Shown here piece after piece: positions 23,085 through 34,200 of a stretch of 64,000 bases of DNA. The position numbers were made by a program, and so were the translations under genes. The first letter of the stretch is position 1. Every line of letters starts with the position of its first letter. The stretch is from Gammaproteobacteria bacterium (GTDB lineage Bacteria > Pseudomonadota > Gammaproteobacteria > Eutrophobiales > Eutrophobiaceae). Where the stretch lies: positions 1,600,001-1,664,000 of the forward strand of contig OZ250183.1 of NCBI GenBank assembly GCA_965238225.1, read 5' to 3'. The notes under the pieces were generated by a model, which did not search any database, was not told the DNA's origin, and was given only the letters and a program-made list of their open reading frames with translations.

Positions 23085-24926
23085 TTAATTTACTTCTTCC
23101 TGAACGAAACTTCCCTCAGGAACTATCTTGGAAAATAACCTGCTGATTTCTGCATCGTTAAAATTTGCAACAGCCTCTTCTATTTCTGAAATAAGAGGTT
23201 CCAGATTTTGCCAGTCTATATCAGAATGACTAGCTAAAAGAATTTTAGTATGTTCTGTTTCTTTTCTATCTTCATTTTTATAGAACAACTCTTCATAGAG
23301 TTTTTCTCCAGGCCTTAAACCTATATACTCTATCTTTATATCTTCGTTGGGCTTTTTTCCTGAAAGTTTGATCATCTGTTCAGCCAAGTATAAAATTTTA
23401 ACCGGCTTACCCATATCCAAAACAAAAATTTCTCCGCCATTGCCCATGGCACCAGACTGAAGTATTAGCTGGCAAGCTTCTCGGATCGTCATAAAAAAAC
23501 GGGTGATTTCTGGATCTGTGACAGTTATTGCTCCGCCAGATTTTATCTGGGATCTGAAAAGTGGCACCACACTACCCGCAGAACCCAACACATTACCAAA
23601 ACGCACAGTGATAAATTTCGTTCTATCACGCTGATTCATACATTCACAATACATTTCTGCAATACGCTTGCTTGCTCCAAGGATATTGGCAGGATTAACT
23701 GCTTTATCCGTAGATATAAAAATAAATTTCTCACAATTATATTTGATTGCCAACTCTGCCAGGTTTTTAGTTCCTAATATATTATTCTGCGCCGCGACTC
23801 TTAACTGGGCTTGGAGCAAAGGGACATGCTTATAAGCGGCCGCATGAAACAGGATATCCGGCTTGTGCTTTTTCAGGATTTGCTCGACATTACTCCTGTC
23901 ACATATATCCCCCAACACCGCAAATAAAGGGATATCAGGATACGCCTTACTCACTTCCATCTGTGTAGAGTAAAGATTGAATTCGTTGTGCTCATAGATT
24001 ACTAATCCTGCGGGATTTAATCTGGCTATCTGACGGCATAATTCAGAGCCAATCGATCCACCCCCGCCACTGACCAATACGGTTTTATTGGCAATTCCTT
24101 GCTGAATGATTCCCCAATCAAGTTCAATCTTTTCCCTGCCAAGCAAATCTTCTATAGATACTTCTCTTAATTCATCAAGCGCGACTTGAGAAGAAACCAT
24201 TTCCTGTAATTTCGGTAATGTGTGAATGGAGATATCTGTAGATTCGCAATAACTAACAATTTTCTGCATCTGCTCGTCTGTTGCAGATGGGGCAGCAATC
24301 ACAATATTATTAATATCATAGCGTTTATGTATTGTCGGAATATCTTCAACAGAGCCAATAATCGGTACTCCATGAAGTTCAGAATTCTTAAGAATTTGAT
24401 TGTCATCAATAAACCCTATCGGGTTATAACCCCCTTCACGCAACATCTCACGGACAAGCATTTCACCCGCATAACCTGCACCCACAATAATTACCTTTTG
24501 GTTAGTAGTCCCGGAATGAAATTTAAATAAATGATCTTTCCAAAATCGATAACCCAACCTCGCACCGCCCAACAGAAATATCAGAAAAACAGGATACATG
24601 ATAAGTATTGACCTCGGGATACCTTCTAGTCTGATAGACATAAATAACACCAAGGTAATACACAGCCCGCCAAAAACTGAAGCACGAAAAATATTCCATA
24701 GATCTGACAAACTGGCGAATTGCCACAAACCCCGATAAAGCCTAAAACGATGGGAACAAAACCCTTGAATCAACACTGTTACAGGCAATATATACAGGCT
24801 TAGCTTCCAGTCTGAATGGTTAATAAGCTCAAAATTAAATCTGACAAACCATGACAACTGCCACGCTATTGCTGCCATCAGCAAATCGTGAAATACAATA
24901 ATAATTCTGTTATTTAAAGAGAGCAC
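23085..24926 (-). CDS. Nucleoside-diphosphate sugar epimerase/dehydratase (CapD/WbpM/PglF family)
   Basis: N-terminal TMs, IEDLLGRE, GGGGSIGSELCRQ, HAAAYKHVP, ISTDKAVNP, VRFGNVLGS. Confidence 0.93.
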   Translation of the reverse strand: MLSLNNRIIIVFHDLLMAAIAWQLSWFVRFNFELINHSDWKLSLYILPVTVLIQGFCSHRFRLYRGLWQFASLSDLWNIFRASVFGGLCITLVLFMSIRLEGIPRSILIMYPVFLIFLLGGARLGYRFWKDHLFKFHSGTTNQKVIIVGAGYAGEMLVREMLREGGYNPIGFIDDNQILKNSELHGVPIIGSVEDIPTIHKRYDINNIVIAAPSATDEQMQKIVSYCESTDISIHTLPKLQEMVSSQVALDELREVSIEDLLGREKIELDWGIIQQGIANKTVLVSGGGGSIGSELCRQIARLNPAGLVIYEHNEFNLYSTQMEVSKAYPDIPLFAVLGDICDRSNVEQILKKHKPDILFHAAAYKHVPLLQAQLRVAAQNNILGTKNLAELAIKYNCEKFIFISTDKAVNPANILGASKRIAEMYCECMNQRDRTKFITVRFGNVLGSAGSVVPLFRSQIKSGGAITVTDPEITRFFMTIREACQLILQSGAMGNGGEIFVLDMGKPVKILYLAEQMIKLSGKKPNEDIKIEYIGLRPGEKLYEELFYKNEDRKETEHTKILLASHSDIDWQNLEPLISEIEEAVANFNDAEISRLFSKIVPEGSFVQEEVN

Positions 24927-24992
24927 GTTCTAATATTCTTTTGAAATATAAAAACCAACAAGCCCAACACAATCTATAAAAAGAATATTCAT
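24925..24992 (-). pseudogene. Decayed 5' end of an NAD-dependent epimerase gene
   Basis: MNILFIDCVGLVGFYISK(+1 shift)RILER resembles MxILxTGxAGFIGFHLSKRLLER. Confidence 0.4.
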
Positions 24993-25311
24993 TCAGACAG
25001 ACTTAAGCGACAGTGATAAAATAATTATTGGTATATAGAAATTAACAAAAGACAGTAAAAAAAATTTATAATATAATATAAAATCTTGTGAAATCTTGAT
25101 AGGCGAGCATAAACTCTGCCTAGTCTTTATCCTAGACCAAATTACGCATTACTTAGAATTGACTACGCGCAACTCTACTGTAAGCACGAGGTTTTAAAGT
25201 AATTAAATCCATTGTAGAATGCTACATGATTAATATCAATGAGCATTGGCGTATCGAGCCGGACGATGAAGGTTAGGGTAGATCGGGTCTTTCAGCTAAA
25301 TAACACATGGG

Positions 25312-25494
25312 CTATAGATTGCGCCTCAATGCAGCAGCAATACCCTCTAATGCAGAAGCAATATTTTTTAATCCTGCGCCATCACTATAACTATCCCCCC
25401 ATTCAGCATTAGCAACAGGAACAACATTTAAGAACAAACCTAATGCAATAGCACCTAGTAGTATCTTTGTTGTTTTATCTAATTTCAATTCCAT
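25312..25494 (-). CDS. Small hypothetical exported protein
   Basis: 60 aa, AAGGGGA RBS, signal-peptide-like N-terminus ending ANA. Confidence 0.55.
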   Translation of the reverse strand: MELKLDKTTKILLGAIALGLFLNVVPVANAEWGDSYSDGAGLKNIASALEGIAAALRRNL

Positions 25495-25774
25495 ATCATT
25501 CCCCTTTATTTGAATGTTTGCCTAGTCATTTAAGCAGATTTAGAGAGATAAGAGTCCAACATTAGTGAGTTATAAACGCTCATAATCTACTCCGTAAAAT
25601 CTTATTTTAGCATTAACTGTGATATAAATTCCTTATCAAAAATCATGAGTTTTTAGAACGCAACTGTACACCAAATTGTATAACCTAGAGATATTTGTTA
25701 TTTTACTTGTTAGCCTAGATGCTCTGAATGACTTGATATAGCTGATTATTTTGATATATGATGCGGAGAATAAT

Positions 25775-25850
25775 TGGCGTCCCCAAGGGGGTTCGAACCC
25801 CTGTTGCCGCCGTGAAAGGGCGGTGTCCTAGGCCTCTAGACGATGGGGAC
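25775..25850 (-). tRNA. tRNA-Glu(TTC)
   Basis: GTCCCCATCGTCTAGAGGCCTAGGAC...CTTTCAC...GGGGACGCCA. Confidence 0.97.
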
Positions 25851-25896
25851 AATTCATCTTCGTTTTGATATTGTTATTTGGGTGCGTTTTTTATTC

Positions 25897-25972
25897 TGGT
25901 GGAGCCAGGCGGGATCGAACCGCCGACCTCTACACTGCCAGTGTAGCGCTCTCCCAGCTGAGCTATGGCCCC
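25897..25972 (-). tRNA. tRNA-Ala(GGC)
   Basis: GGGGCCATAGCTCAGCTGGGAGAGCG...CTGGCAG...GGCTCCACCA with the G3:U70 pair. Confidence 0.97.
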
Positions 25973-25989
25973 TCAATGAAAAGCGCGGG

Positions 25990-26018
25990 ACTCTACGTTA
26001 CCCCTCACTTTCTGTCAA
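25990..26018 (-). promoter_or_regulatory. Sigma70-type promoter for tRNA-Ala/tRNA-Glu overlapping the gltX 3' end
   Basis: TTGACA-17 bp-TAGAGT then a GC-rich discriminator on the minus strand. Confidence 0.6.
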
Positions 26019-27425
26019 GCGTCTGCGAATATACTCCAACGCCAAATCAATGCGCGCCAGCACACGTTTTTTTCCAATCAATCTGAGGGTTATATCTATT
26101 GATGGCGAAACAGATCCGCCGGTAACAGCAACACGTAAAGGCTGAGTAATCTTACCCATTTTTATATCAAATTGAGCAGCAGTATCAACAATAATCTGAT
26201 GTAAATTTTCATCTTGCCACTTACAAAGCACGGCAAAGCTCTCACGAATTTTCTCTAAGGGTTTTAAAATGACAGGTCTTAGATATTTTTTCGCAGAATC
26301 GAAATCGTGGGCATCGAAATCAAGATAAAAATATCGGCTTTGCTCAACAATTTTCAGTAAAGTTTTCGCACGTTCTTTCTGAGCCTCGACAATTTCTATT
26401 AGATCTGGTCCATCACTTATATCAATATCAAGTCGTTTAAAATATTCATCTAATTTATCAGCAAGATAATTATTATTTGCCGTTTTAATATAATGTTGGT
26501 TTAACCAAAGTAATTTTCCCGGGTTCACAGATGCTGAAGATTTATTCACATCTTTAATATCAAAATGCTCAATCATCTCAGCCACACTAAATATTTCTTG
26601 GTCTCCGCGAGACCAACCGAGCCGCACAAGGTAATTCAATAAGGCCTCAGGCAAATATCCATGATCTTTATATTGCAAAATACTAGCTGCGCCATGACGC
26701 TTGGAAAGACGACTTCCATCCTCATCTAATATCAATGGCACATGTGCATAATTTGGTGGCGTAGCACCTAAAGCATTAAAAATATTGATCTGTCTGGGGG
26801 TATTATTCAGATGGTCATCACCTCTAATGACATCAGTGATTTGCATATCCATATCATCAACAACAACCGTAAAATTATAGGTGGGTGTACCGTCTGATCT
26901 GGCAATAATTAAATCATCAAGCTCTTCATTCTTATAAATAACCATTCCCTGAATACGGTCTTCTATTGCAAGCTCCCCTTCCTGTGGGTTTTTAAACCTG
27001 ACTACCGGTTGTACTTTATCTTTATCTGAATAATTACTGTGCCTGCAACGTCCATCATACCTTGGTTTATTGCCACGCGCCATGGCCGCTTCTCTCATAG
27101 CGTTAAGTTCTTCTTTACTGCAATAACAATAGTAGGCTTTATCTTCATCAAGCAATTTTTGGACGACCGCTTTATAACGATCATATCTTTGTGTCTGATA
27201 AAAAGGGTCTTCATCACATTCCAAACCCAACCATTGCATAGCATCCAATATTACTTGCACAGACTCATCTGTTGAACGTGCTTTGTCAGTATCTTCGATA
27301 CGAAGGATAAAACTGCCTTGATGATGACGTGCATATAACCATGAAAAAAGTGCCGTTCTAACACCGCCGATATGGAGATACCCTGTAGGGCTTGGCGCAA
27401 AACGGGTACGAACAGATGCTGCCAT
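25998..27425 (-). CDS. gltX: Glutamate--tRNA ligase
   Basis: RTRFAPSPTGYLHIGG, LRIEDTD, RLSKRHG; start placed at ATG 27425. Confidence 0.98.
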   Translation of the reverse strand: MAASVRTRFAPSPTGYLHIGGVRTALFSWLYARHHQGSFILRIEDTDKARSTDESVQVILDAMQWLGLECDEDPFYQTQRYDRYKAVVQKLLDEDKAYYCYCSKEELNAMREAAMARGNKPRYDGRCRHSNYSDKDKVQPVVRFKNPQEGELAIEDRIQGMVIYKNEELDDLIIARSDGTPTYNFTVVVDDMDMQITDVIRGDDHLNNTPRQINIFNALGATPPNYAHVPLILDEDGSRLSKRHGAASILQYKDHGYLPEALLNYLVRLGWSRGDQEIFSVAEMIEHFDIKDVNKSSASVNPGKLLWLNQHYIKTANNNYLADKLDEYFKRLDIDISDGPDLIEIVEAQKERAKTLLKIVEQSRYFYLDFDAHDFDSAKKYLRPVILKPLEKIRESFAVLCKWQDENLHQIIVDTAAQFDIKMGKITQPLRVAVTGGSVSPSIDITLRLIGKKRVLARIDLALEYIRRRLTESEG

Positions 27426-27444
27426 ACCATGATTTATGCGCAAA

Positions 27445-28086
27445 TTAACTGGCAAATAGCCAAGGTGCTTGTTGCTTTCTTTTGGTTTCGTAAGCACGAA
27501 TCTCGTTAGCACGAGAAAGTATTATACCGATATCATCCATGCCGTGTAGTAGTCGTTCTTGCAAGTCTTTATCAAGTGCAAAAGAAAGACCATCACCCTC
27601 TGGAGTTGTGATGGATAGATTTTCTAAATCAATCGCCAATGCATAATCAACTGTCGCTGATATTTCAACAAACAATCTATCGACAAAATCAACGCCAAGT
27701 GCAATGGGTAAGAGTCCATTCTTAAATGAATTGCTGTAAAATATATCTGCAAAACTTGGCGCAATAATCACGTTAATTCCATAATCCAAAAAGGCCCAGA
27801 CAGCGTGTTCGCGTGACGATCCACAACCAAAGTTTTCACGGCCAAGTAAAATTTTAGCTGCTTTATAGCGTGGCTGATTTAATACAAATTCAGGGTTCTT
27901 TCGTCTTTTTGAATGATCGTCACCAAGCTCGCCTGCATCAAGATAACGCCATTCATCAAATAAATTCAAACCGAATCCTGTTCGCTTAATTGATTTTAAA
28001 TACTGTTTTGGAATGATGGCATCTGTATCAACATTTGGTCTATCCATCGGCACAACAATCCCGGTAAAATTTTTAAAAGCTTGCAT
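27445..28086 (-). CDS. leuD: 3-isopropylmalate dehydratase small subunit
   Basis: [22 protein letters not shown]. Confidence 0.98.
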   Translation of the reverse strand: MQAFKNFTGIVVPMDRPNVDTDAIIPKQYLKSIKRTGFGLNLFDEWRYLDAGELGDDHSKRRKNPEFVLNQPRYKAAKILLGRENFGCGSSREHAVWAFLDYGINVIIAPSFADIFYSNSFKNGLLPIALGVDFVDRLFVEISATVDYALAIDLENLSITTPEGDGLSFALDKDLQERLLHGMDDIGIILSRANEIRAYETKRKQQAPWLFAS

Positions 28087-28109
28087 AATTTATATATTAT
28101 CTTTGTCTC

Positions 28110-29510
28110 TTAGAACTCACGCACATCAACAAAATGACCAGCAATTGCTGCTGCTGCTGCCATCACAGGGCTAACTAAGTGCGTCCTTCCGCCTTGGCCT
28201 TGGCGACCTTCAAAATTTCTATTTGAGGTAGAGGCACATCTTTCTCTAGGCTCCAGTCTGTCTGCATTCATTCCTAAGCACATAGAACAACCCGGTTCAC
28301 GCCACTCAAATCCAGCACCAATAAATATTTGATCCAAACCTTCTTTCTCTGCTTGCTGTTTCACTAACCCGGATCCAGGAACCACCATGGCTAAAGCCAC
28401 ATTATCTGCAATATGTTTGCCTTTGATTATTTCCGCCGCAGATCGAATATCTTCAATGCGCGAATTCGTACACGAACCAATAAACACCTTGTCTATCTTT
28501 ATATCCTTGATTGCCGTACCGGGCTTCAAATCCATATAGGTTAAGGCATGTTGCATGCCATCTCGGACACTACTATCAGTTTCCGTGACAGGGTCAGGCA
28601 CTTCTCCAGTCACTGGCACAACCATCTCAGGCGATGTTCCCCATGTCACTTGTGGCTGGATATTGGCCGCATCCAGACTGACTACCTTATCAAAATGTGC
28701 ACCCTTATCACTTTCCAAATCCTGCCAAGTTTTAACGGCACGATCCCACATTTCACCTTTTGGAGCAAAAGGTCTGCCTTTGATGTATTCAATTGTCTTA
28801 TCATCAACCGCTATCAAGCCGGCGCGGGCACCGACCTCAATAGCCATATTACAAACCGTCATTCTACCTTCCATAGAAAGTGCGCTAATAGCTTGGCCTG
28901 CGAATTCTATAGTGTGGCCAGTACCGGAAGCTGTGCCAATTTTCCCGATAACAGCCAAAATTATATCTTTGGCAGTCACACCATTTCCCATCTGACCATC
29001 AATAACCACTTGCATATTCTTTGCTTTGCGTAAAAGTAAACATTGTGTTGCCAGTGCATGTTCAACTTCTGAGGTACCGATACCAAATGCCAATGATCCT
29101 AATGCCCCATTAGTTGATGTATGTGAATCACCACAAACAATTGTCATTCCGGGCAAAGAAGCACCTTGTTCAGGTCCTATAACATGAACAATCCCCTGTC
29201 GCGGATCATTCATTTCAAATTTTGTAATACCTGTTTCTTTACAATTTTCATCCAGTGTATCCAGCTGTAACTTTGACACTGGATCATCTATCTTGTCACG
29301 ATGATTGGTTGGCACACTATGATCAGGGACAGCCAAATTGGCATCAATGCGCCAAGGTTTCCGACCATTCATTTTCAATCCTTCAAATGCCTGAGGCGAA
29401 GTAACTTCATGTATGAGGTGTCTATCTATATAGATGAGCGCAGTTCCATTGTCATTATCACAGACGATGTGATCCTCCCATAATTTGTCATATAGCGTTT
29501 TTGCTGTCAT
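28110..29510 (-). CDS. leuC: 3-isopropylmalate dehydratase large subunit
   Basis: [39 protein letters not shown]. Confidence 0.98.
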   Translation of the reverse strand: MTAKTLYDKLWEDHIVCDNDNGTALIYIDRHLIHEVTSPQAFEGLKMNGRKPWRIDANLAVPDHSVPTNHRDKIDDPVSKLQLDTLDENCKETGITKFEMNDPRQGIVHVIGPEQGASLPGMTIVCGDSHTSTNGALGSLAFGIGTSEVEHALATQCLLLRKAKNMQVVIDGQMGNGVTAKDIILAVIGKIGTASGTGHTIEFAGQAISALSMEGRMTVCNMAIEVGARAGLIAVDDKTIEYIKGRPFAPKGEMWDRAVKTWQDLESDKGAHFDKVVSLDAANIQPQVTWGTSPEMVVPVTGEVPDPVTETDSSVRDGMQHALTYMDLKPGTAIKDIKIDKVFIGSCTNSRIEDIRSAAEIIKGKHIADNVALAMVVPGSGLVKQQAEKEGLDQIFIGAGFEWREPGCSMCLGMNADRLEPRERCASTSNRNFEGRQGQGGRTHLVSPVMAAAAAIAGHFVDVREF

Positions 29511-29523
29511 TTAAAATATCTTC

Positions 29524-30516
29524 TTAGTCCGCAATTTTAATAACTGTCCTTCCTGTTGATGTGCCTGCCAATAAACTGGCAAAAACTTCCGGCAGGGAAT
29601 CCAAACCCGTAACTTTAGTGACAATCTTATCTACATGCTGCGGCGCCAAATCTGTTACTAATCGCTTCCATAGCTCGTGGCGTATTTTCATCGGGCAACC
29701 TGATGACATTATCCCCAATAAACTCACGCCACGCAATATAAATGGCATAACCGTTGTATTTAAATGACTGCCTTGCGCCATTCCCACAGAGGCAATATTG
29801 CCCCATGGTCTGGTTGTTCTAATCAGCCATGCCAGTATATCACCCCCGACATTGTCGATTGCACCGCCCCACTTAGCTTTTTCAAGAACCGAGCCCGCCA
29901 GATCAATTTTATTTCTATTTACCACCTCACTCGCGCCCAGCGCCAAGAGTTTATCTTTTTCACTTTCCTTACTGGTGACGGCAACAACTTCATAAGCAAG
30001 ACCTGACAATATATCAATAGCATAGTTACCAACACCGCCAGATGCTCCTGTAACGACAATTGGTCCGTGCTCGGGTTTCTGTAAATTTTCTTCCAGTCTT
30101 TGCACACAAAGTGCAACAGTGAAGCCAGCTGTCCCTATCGACATCGCCTGTAGAGGAGACATATTTGCAGGTAAGGGAATAACCCATTCAGCAGGAACGC
30201 GCGCATACTGAGCAAAACCACCATCATGATTAGTACCAAAATCATATCCGGTCACTAATACCGCATCGCCTTTTTTAAAGGCTTCATTTTCTGATGAAAC
30301 AATATATCCTGCTGCATCGATACCAGCAATCAACGGGAATCTACGCAAAATTTTGCCCGCGCCCGTTGCTGCCAACGCATCTTTATAGTTAACGCTGGAA
30401 TAGGCGACCTTGATGATCACCTCTCCAGGCGAAAGCTCATTTATGTTGGAGTATTTCAGTTTGCCCTGTACTTTCTTACCTTCCTGGTAGATGCGGAAAA
30501 CTTTAAAATCAGTCAT
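29524..30516 (-). CDS. YhdH/AcuI-family quinone oxidoreductase (putative acryloyl-CoA reductase)
   Basis: SSVNYKDALA, IGTAGFT, VTGASGGVG, TVMPFILRGVSLLG. Confidence 0.88.
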   Translation of the reverse strand: MTDFKVFRIYQEGKKVQGKLKYSNINELSPGEVIIKVAYSSVNYKDALAATGAGKILRRFPLIAGIDAAGYIVSSENEAFKKGDAVLVTGYDFGTNHDGGFAQYARVPAEWVIPLPANMSPLQAMSIGTAGFTVALCVQRLEENLQKPEHGPIVVTGASGGVGNYAIDILSGLAYEVVAVTSKESEKDKLLALGASEVVNRNKIDLAGSVLEKAKWGGAIDNVGGDILAWLIRTTRPWGNIASVGMAQGSHLNTTVMPFILRGVSLLGIMSSGCPMKIRHELWKRLVTDLAPQHVDKIVTKVTGLDSLPEVFASLLAGTSTGRTVIKIAD

Positions 30517-30691
30517 TTACAAAACCATATATTTACATTTTAAGGCGTGCATGAAACAATTTCACATCTCGCGGTGCAATTACCACAGCGGTTTCTCTTG
30601 ATTCTTCATGGAGATACATAAATCCGCCCATATGGTACGAAAAAATGACGAGTAATCCAACTTCTATAGGTGGTCGAATATAGGTGGTCGA

Positions 30692-31210
30692 ATGAAAAAA
30701 GTTTGTTACGCAATACTATTGATACTATTAAGCGTCCAAACCATCTTTGCAGATCGTAACGATGGTGCCTATGCCTACCTGCAAGGTGACTATGAAACTG
30801 CATATAACGTCATGATTTCATTGGCTAATGTTTCTGATGACAAAATCGCACAATATTATCTAGGTGTGATGTATATGGAAGGACAAGGAGTAAAACAGGA
30901 TTACGAAGAGGCAGGAAAATGGTTGCGCAAGGCATCAAAACAGGGTTTGGCAGCTGCCATGTATAAACTTGCGCATCTCTACACCAAAGGTAAAGGTGTC
31001 CCTAAAGATTTAGAATTTGCGTATGTATGGTACCGCGTTGGTGCTACCTATAATCATCAAAAATCAATCAATATGATTGATGAGGCAAGATCTAAACTTT
31101 CTGACGAAAATCTAGCCTCTGCAAATCAGCTGATTGCTGAATACGTAGAAAAATATGGCTCTAAAGACGAAAATGAAGGGAGGGTAGTAGGCGAAGAGTC
31201 CAAAAAATAA
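30692..31210 (+). CDS. Secreted Sel1-like repeat protein
   Basis: Signal peptide; AQYYLGVMYMEGQGVKQD and AMYKLAHLYTKGKGVPKD repeats. Confidence 0.9.
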   Translation: MKKVCYAILLILLSVQTIFADRNDGAYAYLQGDYETAYNVMISLANVSDDKIAQYYLGVMYMEGQGVKQDYEEAGKWLRKASKQGLAAAMYKLAHLYTKGKGVPKDLEFAYVWYRVGATYNHQKSINMIDEARSKLSDENLASANQLIAEYVEKYGSKDENEGRVVGEESKK

Positions 31211-31247
31211 TCTGCTAAATGCAAAGCGCGACGGTAAGTAAACTACT

Positions 31248-34200
31248 TTATGGTTCAAGGTCGTCTAGATCTTCATCATCCTCAATATCTTCTTCAAATT
31301 TCTCGAAAGCACTCAATTCATCTTCGGTCAAAACATCTTCGTCAGTAAAGCGTTCTTCTTCGGTAAACTCTTCTTCAAACTCTTCGTCATCGACTGCCAG
31401 ATACTCTTGCAGTTGTTCACGGTAATCCGTGAAATTGTCGAGCTCTTGCTCATAACCCTCGATCAATCCATCCAGTTTTTCTTTTTCGGAATCACTCTTA
31501 GCTTCGTTTAAGAGTTCTCTGAGTTCTTTTAGTTTGATGCCAATTTGTGCAATAAATTCATCTAATTTATCTTCAGAAACATTTGGAGCGCAGCCTTCAA
31601 CCTCCTCGCATTGCCCCAGCGCCAATGCCACGCCCCGCCCAAACACTTCAAACAAGGCGAGATCTTGTTCAAATACGCTGGTATCGATAAATCCTAATTT
31701 TACAGCACCCACCAAATCTACAGATGGGTTCAGTACTCCTACGACTGCAATACTAAACGTACCAAAAAATAAGTTTAGAACATTTTGAAGTCCTGTAGAA
31801 CCTCCTTCCGGACCTCCTGAAACTTGCGAACCTGCACCAAATTTAAGGTCACTAACTGTGCTGCCTATTGCAACTTCAACAACACCGCCATCCAAGGCAA
31901 GTTTTATATTTTCAGCTACATCAATCCTATCGCCTGCAATCAATACCGCTTTTTTGGATTTAAAATCTGTAATGCCAGCAGGACCAGTAATAACGCCAGT
32001 ACCAGAAGTGGATTTTACGCCATCATCAACACCAGCAGCGATAAGTGATAGAGTGCCGCCGCTTGCAGTAATTCCTTGAGCTAAATTTAAATCGCCAGCA
32101 AGCAAGGTGACACTACCTCTACTATTTATCGCAGTATTGACATTAATCGCGGAGCTATTTACCACGATCCCTGTGGAATCTAAGAATGTTGCACCTGGAG
32201 TCAGTGTGCCGCCAATAATAAGATGCCCATCAAACTCCGTTAGTATTGGCAGTATTAAGTCACTGCTGCCAATAGTGATAGCAGTTCCAGATGTGCTAGG
32301 TATGGTTAATATACCTGTGCCTGTAACTCTACCCATAGTAGTCAATGTCTTGCCAGAATTAAAATTCCAGATATTGTCTGATGTCGTAATCTCTACTGTT
32401 CCATGATAGTTTCCATCAGATGTAAAGGTATTCCTACCCCCTATACCGCTTCTAATCCGACTAAAACCATTAAATACGATGCCATTTAGCGTGCCAGCTT
32501 CACTATAATCAGTAAGTATCCATGTAGATCCCGATGCTGAATTACCAATTATCCTATTGACACCTCCTACCATTCCATTAAAAGCATTAAATCCTGTGTA
32601 ATTTATGTCATCTGAGCGACCAGTATTAGTGCCAATCACCGTAACTTCATTGAGGTTTGAAACAAAACCTGTGCCGCTTATATCGCTGAGATTTGCAAAG
32701 GTGATGCCATTTCTCTCCGTGTCGCCATGATTAAAGTCTTGAACCCCTACTATTGTGGTGGTATCTGCTGCTGTAAAGCCTCTGTGGGTGATGCCTGCTG
32801 CTGTACCTATTGTTGTGCCGGTCGGTGTAAATGCGATGTCACCCATGCCTACAATCCCACCTGTGCCGGTAATATCGGTGGCACTTAAAAATCTCATGTC
32901 ATGGGTGCCGTTGATGCGTACGCCGTCCAGAAAATGAAAAAAGTTTATAGCCCCTGTTACTGTAGTCGTATCTGCTGCTGTAAAACCACTGTAGGTGAAG
33001 CCCCCTGCCGTACCTGCCGTTGTACCGGTCAAGTTAAATGCAGTTGAACCCATATTGGTAATATTGCCTGTGCCGGTGACATTGGTGACACCCGCAAAGG
33101 TCATGCCACGACTACGCTTTAAACCATGATTAAAGTCTTGAGCCCCTGTTAAGACACCAGTCGTATCTGCTGCTGTAAAACCACTGTAGGTGAAGCCCCC
33201 TGCCGTACCTGCCGTTGTACCGGTCAAGTTAAATGCAGTTGAACCCATATTGGTAATATTGCCTGTGCCGGTGACATTGGTGACACCTGCAAAGGTCATG
33301 CCACGACTCGCGACGGTGTTATGATTAAAGTTTTGAGCCCCTGTTACTGTAGTCGTATCTGCTGCTGTAAAACCACTGTAGGTGAAGCCCCCTGCCGTAC
33401 CTGCCGTTATACCGGTCAAGTTAAATGCAGTTGAACCCATATTGGTAATGTTGCCTGTGCCGCTTATATCGCTGAGATTTGCAAAGGTGATGCCATTTCT
33501 CTCCGTGTCGCCATGATTAAAGTCTTGAACCCCTACTATTGTGGTGGTATCTGCTGCTGTAAAGCCTCTGTGGGTGATGCCTGCTGCTGTACCTATTGTT
33601 GTGCCGGTCGGTGTAAATGCGATGTCACCCATGCCTACAATCCCACCTGTGCCGGTAATATCGGTGGCACTTAAAAATCTCATGTCATGGGTGCCGTTGA
33701 TGCGTACGCCGTCCAGAAAATGAAAAAAGTTTATAGCCCCTGTTACTGTAGTCGTATCTGCTGCTGTAAAACCACTGTAGGTGAAGCCCCCTGCCGTACC
33801 TGCCGTTATACCGGTCAAGTTAAATGCAGTTGAACTCATATTGGTAATGTTGCCTGTGCCGGTGACATTGGTGACACCTGCAAAGGTCATGCCACGACTA
33901 CGCTTTAAACCATGATTAAAGTCTTGAGCCCCTGTTAAGACACCAGTAGTGTCTGCTGCTGTAAAACCACTGTAGCCGATGCCCCCTGCCGTACCTGCCG
34001 TTGCGCCGGTCAAGTTAAATGCAGTTGAACCCATATTGGTAATATTGCCTGTGCCGGTGACATTGGTGACACCTGCAAAGGTCATGCCACGACTCGCGAC
34101 GGTGTTATGATTAAAGTTTTGAGCCCCTGTTACTGTAGTCGTATCTGCTGCTGTAAAACCACTGTAGGTGAAGCCCCCTGCCGTACCTGCCGTTATACCG

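Noticed and set aside
25897-25972. tRNA-Ala(GGC) with a pairable C32-G38 in the anticodon loop
   Set aside because: A 32-38 pair is a known feature of tRNA-Ala(GGC) and is not novel.
25843-26145. Plus-strand ORFs of 100 and 73 aa
   Set aside because: They are antisense to tRNA-Ala and the gltX 3' end.
27426-27512. 29-aa N-terminal extension of GltX in the ORF track
   Set aside because: It overlaps leuD, and homology begins at MAASVRTRFAPSPTG (27425).
29524-30516. AcuI as evidence of DMSP/acrylate metabolism
   Set aside because: The YhdH family is widespread and no ddd or dmd genes are in the window.
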